Source of the DNA: an uncultured Chitinophagales bacterium | GTDB taxonomy: Bacteria > Bacteroidota > Bacteroidia > Chitinophagales > BACL12 | Length of the DNA stretch: 34,019 nucleotides | Direction of reading: 5' to 3' | Assembly (NCBI GenBank): GCA_964437155.1 | Contig: CAYTFT010000001.1 | Span: 1 to 34,019 of the forward strand | In this document: one piece after another, positions 25,893 through 34,019 of the stretch | Position numbering within the stretch: the first letter of the stretch is position 1 | Layout of the letters: every line of letters begins with the position of its first letter | Notes under the pieces: model-generated | Seen by the model: the letters and a program-made list of their open reading frames with translations, nothing else | Database searches by the model: none | What the model was told of the DNA's origin: nothing | Translations under genes and position numbers: made by a program

Positions 25893-28800
25893 ATGCAAAC
25901 ACTGAAAATACACACCGGCATACTTATGCTGCTGTTCCCCTTATTTTTTATTTCCAATCTCCAGAGTGCGAATACCTTTCCCTCAACAGAATCCCCGCTT
26001 TTTTTTACCGAGAATAAAGGCCAGGTAAGGGATACGCAGGGACATCCCTGTGAGCAGGTGCTGTACACACTGCGCGACCATGGAATGACCATTTACATTT
26101 ACCGTGACGGATTGAGTTATCAGTTTGAACAGAAGGAATTTTCTGACGAGCAGTTTGCGCATGGATTTGATATGGATGCTGCACAAAATATGTCTGCCGA
26201 TCAGGGAGTGTATATTACAACGCATCGTGTAGATATACAATTTCTCGGTGCAAATATCCAGGCATCACCCGCAGCTGAGGGCATGCTTTCTTTCTTCGAA
26301 AACTATTATAATATTCCGGGCTTTACAGAAGGGATAACACATGTGCGGGCATTTGAAAAAGTACGTATCAATAATATATATCCCGGGATCAACTGGGTAT
26401 TGTATATTAAAAATGATATTGTAAAGTATGAATTTGAAGTGATGCCCGGTGCTGATCCTTCAAAAATTCAGATGCAGGTTTCCAATGCTGATGCTGTCAC
26501 TGCCGGTGAAGATAATTATTCCATCACCACTACGCTCGGCAAAATAAATGATGCAAATTTATTTTGTTATGAAAAGGGAACAGAAACAAAAATAGATGCC
26601 TCTTTTCAACTGGATAATAATATTATTTCTTTTTCCACCGCACAATATAATGCTGATGATATTCTGATCATTGATCCGGATTTGATCTGGTCAACGTATT
26701 ATGGCGGACCCGGTGAAGACGCGGGTAATGCTATCGCTATAGATGGCGACGGATCTATTTATGTAACCGGTTATACTTCCAGCAGCACGGGCATGGCAGC
26801 AGCCGGATTGGCAATGACATATTTCGGCGGATTTTTTGACGGATGGTTGGGAAAATTTGACAGCCTTGGAAATCGCCTTTGGGTAACTTATTATGGTGGA
26901 ACATCCGGCGATTATGGAACCGGTGTTTGTACAGATCCGGCCGGACATATTTTTATTATTGGATTTACACTGAGCGCCGATTTCCTGACGTATGGCGCAT
27001 TTCAAAATACGTATGGCGGCAGCACAGACGGGTATATCGCTAAATTTAACGGCGACGGAAGCCGCGACTGGGCAACATTCTACGGAGGCGCCGGATATGA
27101 TAATTGCAGAGGAATTAAAGTGGACGGAGAAAATAATATTGTGGTGGGTGGATATTCTGCCAGCGCAGAAAATATTGCTTACCTCGGCTATCAGAACACC
27201 AACAGTGGATTAGAAGATGTATTTGTTGCCAAATTCGACCAGACTGGAAACAGGATCTGGGGTACTTATCTGGGTGGTGTAAATGATGATGAATGTCGCG
27301 GACTCACTGTTGACGGAGAAAATAATATTATAATTTGTGGTTTAACTGAAAGTCCAGCAGCGTTCGGGCATTTGGGATATGATACAATATATTCCAAAAA
27401 GAATGATGCATTTATTTCAAAATTTAATTCCGCCGGTACGTTACTATGGTCCACTTATTACGGTGGTACACTCGAGGAAAATGCAAATGGTGTTGTTTGT
27501 GATGATACCGGGAATATTTATACTGTATTGCAAACGTCGTCCACTTCCGGATTTAACTGTAATATATTAAACCTCGCAAAGGCAGGTGGATTTGATGCAT
27601 TGTTTGCTAAATTTTCTCCTGCAGGAAGTCTTATCTGGTCAACTTATTATGGCGGCGCACTGGATGATCTGGGTAAGACCTTGTGCATTAAAAACAACTT
27701 TCTGTTTTTCTCCGGTTATGCAAACAGTACAGATGGAATTAATCTCGACGGTTTTCAGATAAATAATAACGGGATGGCGGATGCATTCATCACTAAACTG
27801 GATCTGGACGGAAATTTATACTGGTCCACTTATTTTGGAAGTACCAACGATGAATACGGAAGAGGAATCGTGGCAAGGGATATTAATACAATTTATTTAG
27901 CAGGGAAATCATTTAGTCCCACAGGCATCGGCAACGCAGGCTTTCAGATGACGTTTGGCGGCGGACCCGCAGATGCGTTCCTTTTGAAAATTAAAGATTG
28001 CCCCACTGCGATTTTATCTTATGCTGATGCTGACATGGATGGATTTGGAAATGCATCCAGTGTCGAGTCTTCCTGCTCCATCCCGATCGGATATGTTACT
28101 GATCATACAGATTGTAATGACCTCGACATTAATATTCATCCGGGGGCACTCGAAACCTGCGACCTTATGGATGATGATTGCAATGGTTTGATCGATGAGG
28201 ACGATCCCGAAATAATTGGAGCATTAATATGGTATGCCGATCTCGATGCAGATGGTTTTGGTGATGCCGATTCCACTAAAACTGCATGTTATTCTCCCGC
28301 CGGATATGTAAGCGATAATACAGATTGCGATGACGCAAATGCTGCCATTTCACCTGCCATTACAGAAGTATGCAACGCTATTGACGACAACTGTAATGCA
28401 TTGGTGGATGATGCTGTGGTCAACCCGGTTATTACACCTGCCGGTCCCACTGCAGTTTGTAAACCTGCAACAGTTCTTCTGCAGGGAAACACCGGCGCAG
28501 GATTTACCTATCAGTGGATGAAAGACGGAGGAAATATCGCCGGTGCAACAAATGCAAATTATACGGCAAATAAATCCGGTTCCTATCAGGTGAAAATTAC
28601 AACCACTGGAGGATGTTTTGCTACTTCAGCAGCCACCGTGGTTTCTGTGTATAATACACCTACAGCAAATATTTATGCTCCATGGGGAAATGATCTTTGC
28701 GGATATGCATGGCTTTGGTTATATACGAATTACGGAGCAAGCTATACGTATCAATGGTATAAAAGTGCCACTCCAATAGCGGGTGCAACGAATATTAATT

Positions 28801-29183
28801 ATTATCCTGCTTTCACAGGAAAATATAAAGTGACCGTCACGAATGTGAACGGTTGCTCTAAAACTTCTTCTTCCTATACAATTTATAAAACATGCAGGGA
28901 AGATGATCAGCAACCGGTTGCAGAATCTTTAATTGTGTATCCAAATCCCGCAAATAATTTTGTGGGTGTGCATCTGGATCTCGGTAACGGATTTGCCGGC
29001 AGCGCTGAAATTGTTTTATACAATACGCTGGGAGAGAGGGTCATTGCACAATCTGCTGAAATTATCAATGGCACGCTCACCACTGAAATGGATTTGTCGG
29101 GTACGAATGCTTCCGGTATTTATTTTATCCGTGTTATTACCGGTAATGCTACTTTCGATAAGCAGGTTACCATAATAAAGTAA
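25893..29183 (+). CDS. Large T9SS type-A cargo: SBBP beta-propeller repeats, two MopE-like Cys-rich repeats and two Ig-like repeats
   Basis: The start at 25893 gives the signal peptide MQTLKIHTGILMLLFPLFFISNLQSA. There are about 8 W(S/V/A)TY(Y/L/F)GG ... repeats across 26683-27995. DxDGFG ... DC(N/D)D ... DDxCN repeats span 28018-28415. YQW(M/Y)K ... GAT repeats span 28430-28870. The tail is LIVYPNPANNFVGVHL ... GIYFIRVITGN. Confidence 0.88.
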   Translation: MQTLKIHTGILMLLFPLFFISNLQSANTFPSTESPLFFTENKGQVRDTQGHPCEQVLYTLRDHGMTIYIYRDGLSYQFEQKEFSDEQFAHGFDMDAAQNMSADQGVYITTHRVDIQFLGANIQASPAAEGMLSFFENYYNIPGFTEGITHVRAFEKVRINNIYPGINWVLYIKNDIVKYEFEVMPGADPSKIQMQVSNADAVTAGEDNYSITTTLGKINDANLFCYEKGTETKIDASFQLDNNIISFSTAQYNADDILIIDPDLIWSTYYGGPGEDAGNAIAIDGDGSIYVTGYTSSSTGMAAAGLAMTYFGGFFDGWLGKFDSLGNRLWVTYYGGTSGDYGTGVCTDPAGHIFIIGFTLSADFLTYGAFQNTYGGSTDGYIAKFNGDGSRDWATFYGGAGYDNCRGIKVDGENNIVVGGYSASAENIAYLGYQNTNSGLEDVFVAKFDQTGNRIWGTYLGGVNDDECRGLTVDGENNIIICGLTESPAAFGHLGYDTIYSKKNDAFISKFNSAGTLLWSTYYGGTLEENANGVVCDDTGNIYTVLQTSSTSGFNCNILNLAKAGGFDALFAKFSPAGSLIWSTYYGGALDDLGKTLCIKNNFLFFSGYANSTDGINLDGFQINNNGMADAFITKLDLDGNLYWSTYFGSTNDEYGRGIVARDINTIYLAGKSFSPTGIGNAGFQMTFGGGPADAFLLKIKDCPTAILSYADADMDGFGNASSVESSCSIPIGYVTDHTDCNDLDINIHPGALETCDLMDDDCNGLIDEDDPEIIGALIWYADLDADGFGDADSTKTACYSPAGYVSDNTDCDDANAAISPAITEVCNAIDDNCNALVDDAVVNPVITPAGPTAVCKPATVLLQGNTGAGFTYQWMKDGGNIAGATNANYTANKSGSYQVKITTTGGCFATSAATVVSVYNTPTANIYAPWGNDLCGYAWLWLYTNYGASYTYQWYKSATPIAGATNINYYPAFTGKYKVTVTNVNGCSKTSSSYTIYKTCREDDQQPVAESLIVYPNPANNFVGVHLDLGNGFAGSAEIVLYNTLGERVIAQSAEIINGTLTTEMDLSGTNASGIYFIRVITGNATFDKQVTIIK

Positions 29184-29282
29184 TTTTATTTTGTCAGGTG
29201 AACACTGAAGCACAATCAAATTTCAGTTGATATTCCTGTGCGTATTCCATCAGGGCAGTTCAGGTACAACGTAAGGGGAAAA

Positions 29283-32200
29283 TCATTTCACCCAGATCTC
29301 ATCTGCAAAGATCCAGCTTTTACCTCCGGCACCCGGATGCCAGGCAGGCACGGGCCCTGCGTTATACGCGATGAATTTTATATATCGTGCTTTTACCGGA
29401 TCGAAATGTGCGATCATATCCTGTATTTCTTTTGAGTCGTAATTAGTGCCATCAATCGTATTGGATATAATTGCAACGGACTTGAATTTTTTTCCGTTAT
29501 TCGAAATCAGGATCTCCAGTTTTGATGGCATCCATACCCAGCTTCTTACATCCTGTAAAAATCCGCCGCCTGCAGAACTGATTTGTTTTTTTCTGCCCAT
29601 ATCCAGCACTAATTCAACATTTTGTCCCTGCCATCCCTGCCACATCCCCGTTCTGTAATCGTCGCCACCACGCAACCCGTCAATAAGTGTATTATTTCCT
29701 CCACCGGTGTACTGATGATCATTTTCCGTGAGATAGTGAATCGAATAGTCTGCATTTAATTTCGAAAATCTTCCCGTGCTTATTTTACTCACCTGCCCGG
29801 TCGCATCTTTGCAATATGCATAAACGGTGACCGAACTATCTGTGATAAACGGCCCGGTATAAAGAATTCCATTTTGATACACATCGGGGTCATTTATTGT
29901 ATAGAAGTTCTCGTCGCCATTGAGTGGTATTATCGAGATCTGTAATGTATCCCGGAAACTTGCAGCCGATGTTTCAATTACCGGCGCCATTACGGGTTTT
30001 CTTACAATGCGCGCATCAAAGCGATTTCCCCAGTCTGTGTTTTTTACCGGAGCTGTTGCAAAGGATAATGTTCCTCCCGAAATAATGGTATTGTGATCAA
30101 TAAATGAACCGGGATATAAAGTATTATTCAGCAATGCATAATTTGTATATAAATCCTGCTCCTCCTTTCGCGGTGCACTGATACTGAATGTTTTTCCGGA
30201 CGCACAATGTATTACAACAGAGTCAAAGAGAGGAGTGGTTAATGCGTATTCGGTGCTGCCCGGACAAACGGAAAAAATGCCCATTGCACTCAATACATAC
30301 CACGCACTCATTTGTCCGCAATCTTCATTTCCAATGAGCCCGTCCGGTGCATTTTTATAAAAATTATGCATTATTTCTGCAACGCGTTCCTGTGTTTTCC
30401 AGGATACATTCAGATAATTATACATATAAGCAATATGATGACTCGGCTCGTTTCCGTGTGCGTATTGTCCGATCATTCCGGTAATATCAGATTGCTCGCG
30501 GCCCGTCGTGGAATGGTTTGCCGTAAATAATGCATCCAGTGCATTTTCATATCGTTTTTTATCCTCGGGACGATTGATCGTATTAAAATACTGCGGAAAG
30601 AAAAAGGCATACTGCCATGCATTCGCTTCCGTATAATTGAAATTCACTTCAAACGGATCAAAGGGCTTGTACCATCCTCCGTTAAATCGCGGACGGGCGA
30701 AAAGATCTTTGTTGATCAGGTTCAGATAATTAAAGGAACGTTCCCTGAAATATGTATAATCATCATTTTCCGGAATTACTTCCGCATCAAATTTAATCCC
30801 CGGTTCCTCCGGTACCAGAGATGAAAATTGCGCAATACACCAGTCATCATACGCATATTCAAGCGTTTTGGAAACCGACTCCGGTTCTTCATTACTTTCA
30901 ATAAATCCTTTTGATTTATAAAAACGAAGTCCTCCCTCCTCTGCATTTGCCGAATGTTTCATCGCTTCCAATGCAAGCGGCATATCAAATCCGCGGATGC
31001 CTTTAACGGCTGCATCGGTAATTACAGGCACACTATGATAACCGATCATGCAATTTGTTTCATTGCTGCTGAGTTCCCACACCGGTAATCGTCCGCCCTG
31101 CTGATACTGCATCAGAAATGTATTAATAAAATCACTTGTTCGCTTTGTGTCAATGATCGTAAACAGTGGATGCTCACCTCTGAAAGTATCCCATAAAGAA
31201 AATACCGTGTAATAATCAAACCCGGATGCAATATGGATGAGGTTATCCCGTCCTCTGTATTTCCCATCCACATCTTCATAAATATTCGGCGCTAGCATAC
31301 AGTGATACAACGCCGAATAAAAAATAACAAGCTGATTCGTCGGATCGGTCAATGATTTTTTTGATTCTGAAATATCTTTTACCTCAATTTTGCCCAATGC
31401 ATCGTTCCATTTGCGTTCTGCTTCTTTTTTTATTTTTTCAAAATCCCATCCCGGATTTTCCGCCGCAAGATTTTTCCAGGCACCGGCACAACTCACCGGA
31501 GAGAGTGCACATTTTACATATACCGGATCTTTTCCGTTCGTGGAAAACTGAAAAAATGCGCTGAGTTCAGTATCGCTTACAATTGCGGAGTGAAATTGTT
31601 TCGCATTGATATTTTCGAGTCCGGCGCTGTCCTTTATCCCGGCATATATAAATGGCTGTGAGAATTCAATTGCGAAATACAGCCATTGATCCTTCGCCCA
31701 CGATGAACTGCGGCGCAATCCCTGCACCTTCGTCGGTGAGATCACCTCAATATACGATCCTTCCAGCAACCGGTCGCGGTGATTCAGATCGAGAATTATA
31801 TTCAATTTTCCCTTCTCCGGAAAATTATATTTATGCATTCCGGTTCTTTCTGTTGCCGTTAATTCAACAGGAATATTTCCGTCTTTCAGAACAACAGTAT
31901 AATAACCGGGTGATGCCTTTTCAGTAGCATGAGAAAAACCGGATGCATATCCTTTAGCCGGATTATTTTCCGAAATATTATTTAATTGTACTTCGCCGGT
32001 TGTCGGCATTAATAAAATATCACAATAATCAGCCACACCTGTTCCGCTGAGATGGGTATGGGAAAATCCATAAATAACAGAATCAGAATAATGATAACCG
32101 CCGCATCCGTCCCAGTCAGAATAACCGTCAGGGCGCGTGTCAGGACTTAATTGCACAAAACCGAATGGCAGTGTTGCGCCCGGATAAGTATGCCCGTGAC

Positions 32201-32306
32201 CACCGGTGCCGATAAAAGGATTTACATATTGAGTGAATTGGGAAAATGCCGGTTGAATCAATATAATCAACGAGATGGCCAGGATTGTACAGCACCTGTT
32301 TATCAT
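29283..32306 (-). CDS. GH92 family alpha-mannosidase with C-terminal CHB_HEX_C-like and F5/8 type C (discoidin/CBM32-like) domains
   Basis: Signal peptide, then the GH92 N-terminal signature VNPFIGTGGHGHTYPGATLPFGFVQLSPDT and later YAHGNEPSHHIAYMY. The last ~160 aa (TLIDGLRGG ... ARYIKFIAYN ... WIFADEIWV) look discoidin-like. Confidence 0.92.
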   Translation of the reverse strand: MINRCCTILAISLIILIQPAFSQFTQYVNPFIGTGGHGHTYPGATLPFGFVQLSPDTRPDGYSDWDGCGGYHYSDSVIYGFSHTHLSGTGVADYCDILLMPTTGEVQLNNISENNPAKGYASGFSHATEKASPGYYTVVLKDGNIPVELTATERTGMHKYNFPEKGKLNIILDLNHRDRLLEGSYIEVISPTKVQGLRRSSSWAKDQWLYFAIEFSQPFIYAGIKDSAGLENINAKQFHSAIVSDTELSAFFQFSTNGKDPVYVKCALSPVSCAGAWKNLAAENPGWDFEKIKKEAERKWNDALGKIEVKDISESKKSLTDPTNQLVIFYSALYHCMLAPNIYEDVDGKYRGRDNLIHIASGFDYYTVFSLWDTFRGEHPLFTIIDTKRTSDFINTFLMQYQQGGRLPVWELSSNETNCMIGYHSVPVITDAAVKGIRGFDMPLALEAMKHSANAEEGGLRFYKSKGFIESNEEPESVSKTLEYAYDDWCIAQFSSLVPEEPGIKFDAEVIPENDDYTYFRERSFNYLNLINKDLFARPRFNGGWYKPFDPFEVNFNYTEANAWQYAFFFPQYFNTINRPEDKKRYENALDALFTANHSTTGREQSDITGMIGQYAHGNEPSHHIAYMYNYLNVSWKTQERVAEIMHNFYKNAPDGLIGNEDCGQMSAWYVLSAMGIFSVCPGSTEYALTTPLFDSVVIHCASGKTFSISAPRKEEQDLYTNYALLNNTLYPGSFIDHNTIISGGTLSFATAPVKNTDWGNRFDARIVRKPVMAPVIETSAASFRDTLQISIIPLNGDENFYTINDPDVYQNGILYTGPFITDSSVTVYAYCKDATGQVSKISTGRFSKLNADYSIHYLTENDHQYTGGGNNTLIDGLRGGDDYRTGMWQGWQGQNVELVLDMGRKKQISSAGGGFLQDVRSWVWMPSKLEILISNNGKKFKSVAIISNTIDGTNYDSKEIQDMIAHFDPVKARYIKFIAYNAGPVPAWHPGAGGKSWIFADEIWVK

Positions 32307-32359
32307 TCTGTAAAAGTAGGTATTTCGATAGCAAAATACAGTGCTGCAAGCATGTCTTT

Positions 32360-33316
32360 TCAGCCCTTTGCATCCAGCTCTTTCCAGATCAGAGAGGCGC
32401 TGCCGAGGATCGCCGCCTCGCTTTCTTTTAATCCGCTGGGTACGATCGGGATCTTATTTTTGTAAATCGGCAATAAATAATTTTCAAAGCTTTTAATGGT
32501 GGGTTTAAAAATAAGGTCACCCGCCTGCGCGAGCCCGCCGAAAAGAAATATTTTTTCCGGTCGCGTATAACAAACAGAATTAGATAACGCAAACCCGAGA
32601 ATTTCTCCTGTTTTTTCAAATGCCTCGTTGGCAAGTGCATCACCTTCCAGCGCGATTTTACATAATTCTGCACTGTCGATCATATTGCCGAGGCTGGTGC
32701 GGAATTTATCGAGATTTTTATTCCGCAATAATTCATAATATGTTTTTACAATACCCGGCGCACTCACATATTGCTCCAGGCAACCGCGGCGTCCGCAGGG
32801 ACATTCGCGACCGTTGCGGTGCACGATGGTATGTCCCACTTCACCCGCAAGGCTGTCGAATCCGTATGCGATATTACCGTTCACAACGATGCCGCTGCCG
32901 AGTCCGGTGCCGAGCGTGATAAATAAAAAATCCTTCATACCTCTCGCCGCGCCGAAATACATTTCGCCGATCGCTGCCGCCTTTGCATCATTGGTGAGTG
33001 CTGCGGGCAATGAAAATGTTTTTTCAAAAAAATCCTTTAACGGAATTACGCCCTTCCATGGAAGATTAGGTGCAAAATCGATTGTTCCCTTATAGAAATT
33101 TCCATTGGGTGTTCCGATACCGATGCCTTTCAGCGTGCAGTTTTTTTCTTTGCATTGTGCAGATGCCCATTGAAAAAGATCACGCGGTAATTTTTCCGGA
33201 TCGGGATATCCTTTTGTTTTTACTTTATCGGTAGCGAGAATTTTTCCTTCGCGGTCCACAATACCGAATTTAATTCCGGTGCCGCCAATATCAATTCCTA
33301 ATACAACTTCACGCAT
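32360..33316 (-). CDS. ROK family sugar kinase (glucokinase-like)
   Basis: GIDIGGTGIKFG ATP-binding motif, ROK signature GEVGH, and the zinc motif CPCGRRGCLEQY. Confidence 0.9.
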   Translation of the reverse strand: MREVVLGIDIGGTGIKFGIVDREGKILATDKVKTKGYPDPEKLPRDLFQWASAQCKEKNCTLKGIGIGTPNGNFYKGTIDFAPNLPWKGVIPLKDFFEKTFSLPAALTNDAKAAAIGEMYFGAARGMKDFLFITLGTGLGSGIVVNGNIAYGFDSLAGEVGHTIVHRNGRECPCGRRGCLEQYVSAPGIVKTYYELLRNKNLDKFRTSLGNMIDSAELCKIALEGDALANEAFEKTGEILGFALSNSVCYTRPEKIFLFGGLAQAGDLIFKPTIKSFENYLLPIYKNKIPIVPSGLKESEAAILGSASLIWKELDAKG

Positions 33317-33325
33317 GGATCTGTA

Positions 33326-33772
33326 TTAAATTTGAGTAAGTAATCTTCTGTGATAATTAATTTGCCCGAGATGATAGGTGAGATGTCCCAGTAAATACAC
33401 CAGCACGTAGGCAGTTGTTTTTCCCGCGCCGAATTTATCGGTGGGATACGGGGCATTTAATTGAGTTTCGTTCAATGCCGACAACGTGGTATCTGTCATC
33501 GCATAAACATTTTCCAGCACCTGTAGCAGGTTTGCTTTCGGAATATTTTTATCGCTGAACTCCCTGTCGCGGTCGCGCACATATCCTGTATTTCCCAGGT
33601 AAGTGCCGATAAAAAAATTGAGGTTACCGGCCAGATGCAATGCCAGATTGCCTGCGCAATTATTGATGCCTGGTGCCAGTTTCCATATATCGGCCTCGTT
33701 GAAATAGGCTTCAATTTCAGTGATGAGGGAGCGAAGGTTCCTTAGGTATACTTCACGAATGTCGTTTACCAT
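33326..33772 (-). CDS. DinB family (DUF1572-like) four-helix-bundle protein
   Basis: His-containing motifs ALHLAGNLNFFIG and GHLTYHLGQI, with spacing typical of the DinB superfamily. Confidence 0.75.
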   Translation of the reverse strand: MVNDIREVYLRNLRSLITEIEAYFNEADIWKLAPGINNCAGNLALHLAGNLNFFIGTYLGNTGYVRDRDREFSDKNIPKANLLQVLENVYAMTDTTLSALNETQLNAPYPTDKFGAGKTTAYVLVYLLGHLTYHLGQINYHRRLLTQI

Positions 33773-33800
33773 GATAATTATTTGACGTCAATATTACAAA

Positions 33801-33826
33801 AAGGGCGTGTCCCTTGCCTTTTTTTT
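33801..33826. terminator. Orphan terminator-like hairpin flanked by A- and T-tracts
   Basis: AAGGG-CGTGT-CCCTT, then GCC and T8 on the plus strand, preceded by an A-run (bidirectional geometry). No co-directional CDS ends here, so the function is uncertain. Confidence 0.3.
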
Positions 33827-33898
33827 GCCGTAAAATATGGTGACCTGACTGTATTTCCTCAAAGGAAATCAGCGGCTTACAACCCAGGCCGGGCTATT

Positions 33899-33946
33899 CG
33901 CTTCAATCTTTTTGCTGAAAAAGCAAAAAGGATTTACGCTTCTATC
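33899..33946. repeat. Direct repeat - perfect hairpin - direct repeat element
   Basis: CGCTTCAATC (33899-33908) and CGCTTCTATC (33937-33946), 9 of 10 identical, flank a perfect 9-bp stem CTTTTTGCT / AGCAAAAAG (33908-33930, 5-nt loop). Confidence 0.35.
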
Positions 33947-34019
33947 CCTCACGCGAAAATCACATCAAAAAGCAAGTAGGAGTGAAAATGAATCAGCGAA
34001 TCATCCTGTTACGAAAATT

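Noticed and set aside
25997-26004. T8 homopolymer tracts near the 5' ends of two secreted-protein genes (25997-26004 in the SBBP cargo; 13513-13520 in the cytochrome c gene) as possible slipped-strand phase-variation switches.
   Set aside because: The tracts are short. They simply encode Phe-Phe in T-rich N-terminal regions of an AT-leaning genome. No evidence of length heterogeneity can be seen from a single sequence.
33782-33979. 65-aa ORF across the terminal intergenic region.
   Set aside because: It reads through three hairpins and the direct repeats, has an odd composition and uses an alternative start. This is typical of translated intergenic repeat sequence.
1-34019. A window-wide search by eye for CRISPR arrays, IS or transposase ends, integrase/recombinase genes, toxin-antitoxin pairs, restriction-modification or other defence genes, and reverse transcriptase (for a DGR acting on the PKD paralogs).
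   Set aside because: No regularly spaced direct repeats were seen. No ORF carries DDE, tyrosine- or serine-recombinase, RT (YxDD), nuclease/ATPase-defence or methyltransferase motifs. The flanking genes are core housekeeping genes, so the window is not a mobile or defence island.

Overview
This window reads as ordinary chromosomal DNA from a member of the Bacteroidota. The evidence is two type-A and two type-B T9SS C-terminal sorting domains, several exact TAnnTTTG -7 promoter boxes with a TTG about 18-20 nt upstream, and few Shine-Dalgarno sites. I call 31 CDS. I found no rRNA, tRNA, CRISPR array, transposase, integrase or recognisable defence gene.

Housekeeping content:
- rplM-rpsI-rpsB-(terminator)-tsf
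- a CPBP protease - DUF2007 - cdsA string, followed by psd and a small secreted Cys-containing protein
- dusB, aqpZ, anmK, an SDR epimerase, a HAD hydrolase and two alpha/beta hydrolases

Secreted and surface content:
- a partial T9SS type-A cargo at the 5' edge
- a signal-peptide-bearing amidohydrolase-fold pair
- two tandem paralogous PKD-repeat proteins with type-B (CHU_C-like) sorting domains
- a 1097-aa SBBP/MopE-like/Ig-like T9SS cargo
- a GH92 alpha-mannosidase with extra C-terminal binding domains, followed by a ROK kinase and a DinB-family protein

I cannot point to a clear, self-contained novel multi-gene system. The items most worth follow-up are:
1. The amidohydrolase pair, where only one of three homologous modules keeps the canonical HxH motif.
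2. The uncharacterised Cys-rich N-terminal module shared by the tandem type-B cargo genes.
3. The overlapping CPBP/DUF2007/cdsA arrangement.
4. The LemA plus PF04298-like zinc-peptidase pair.
5. An orphan structured non-coding element at the 3' edge.

All family assignments rest on motifs read by eye. No database search was run.
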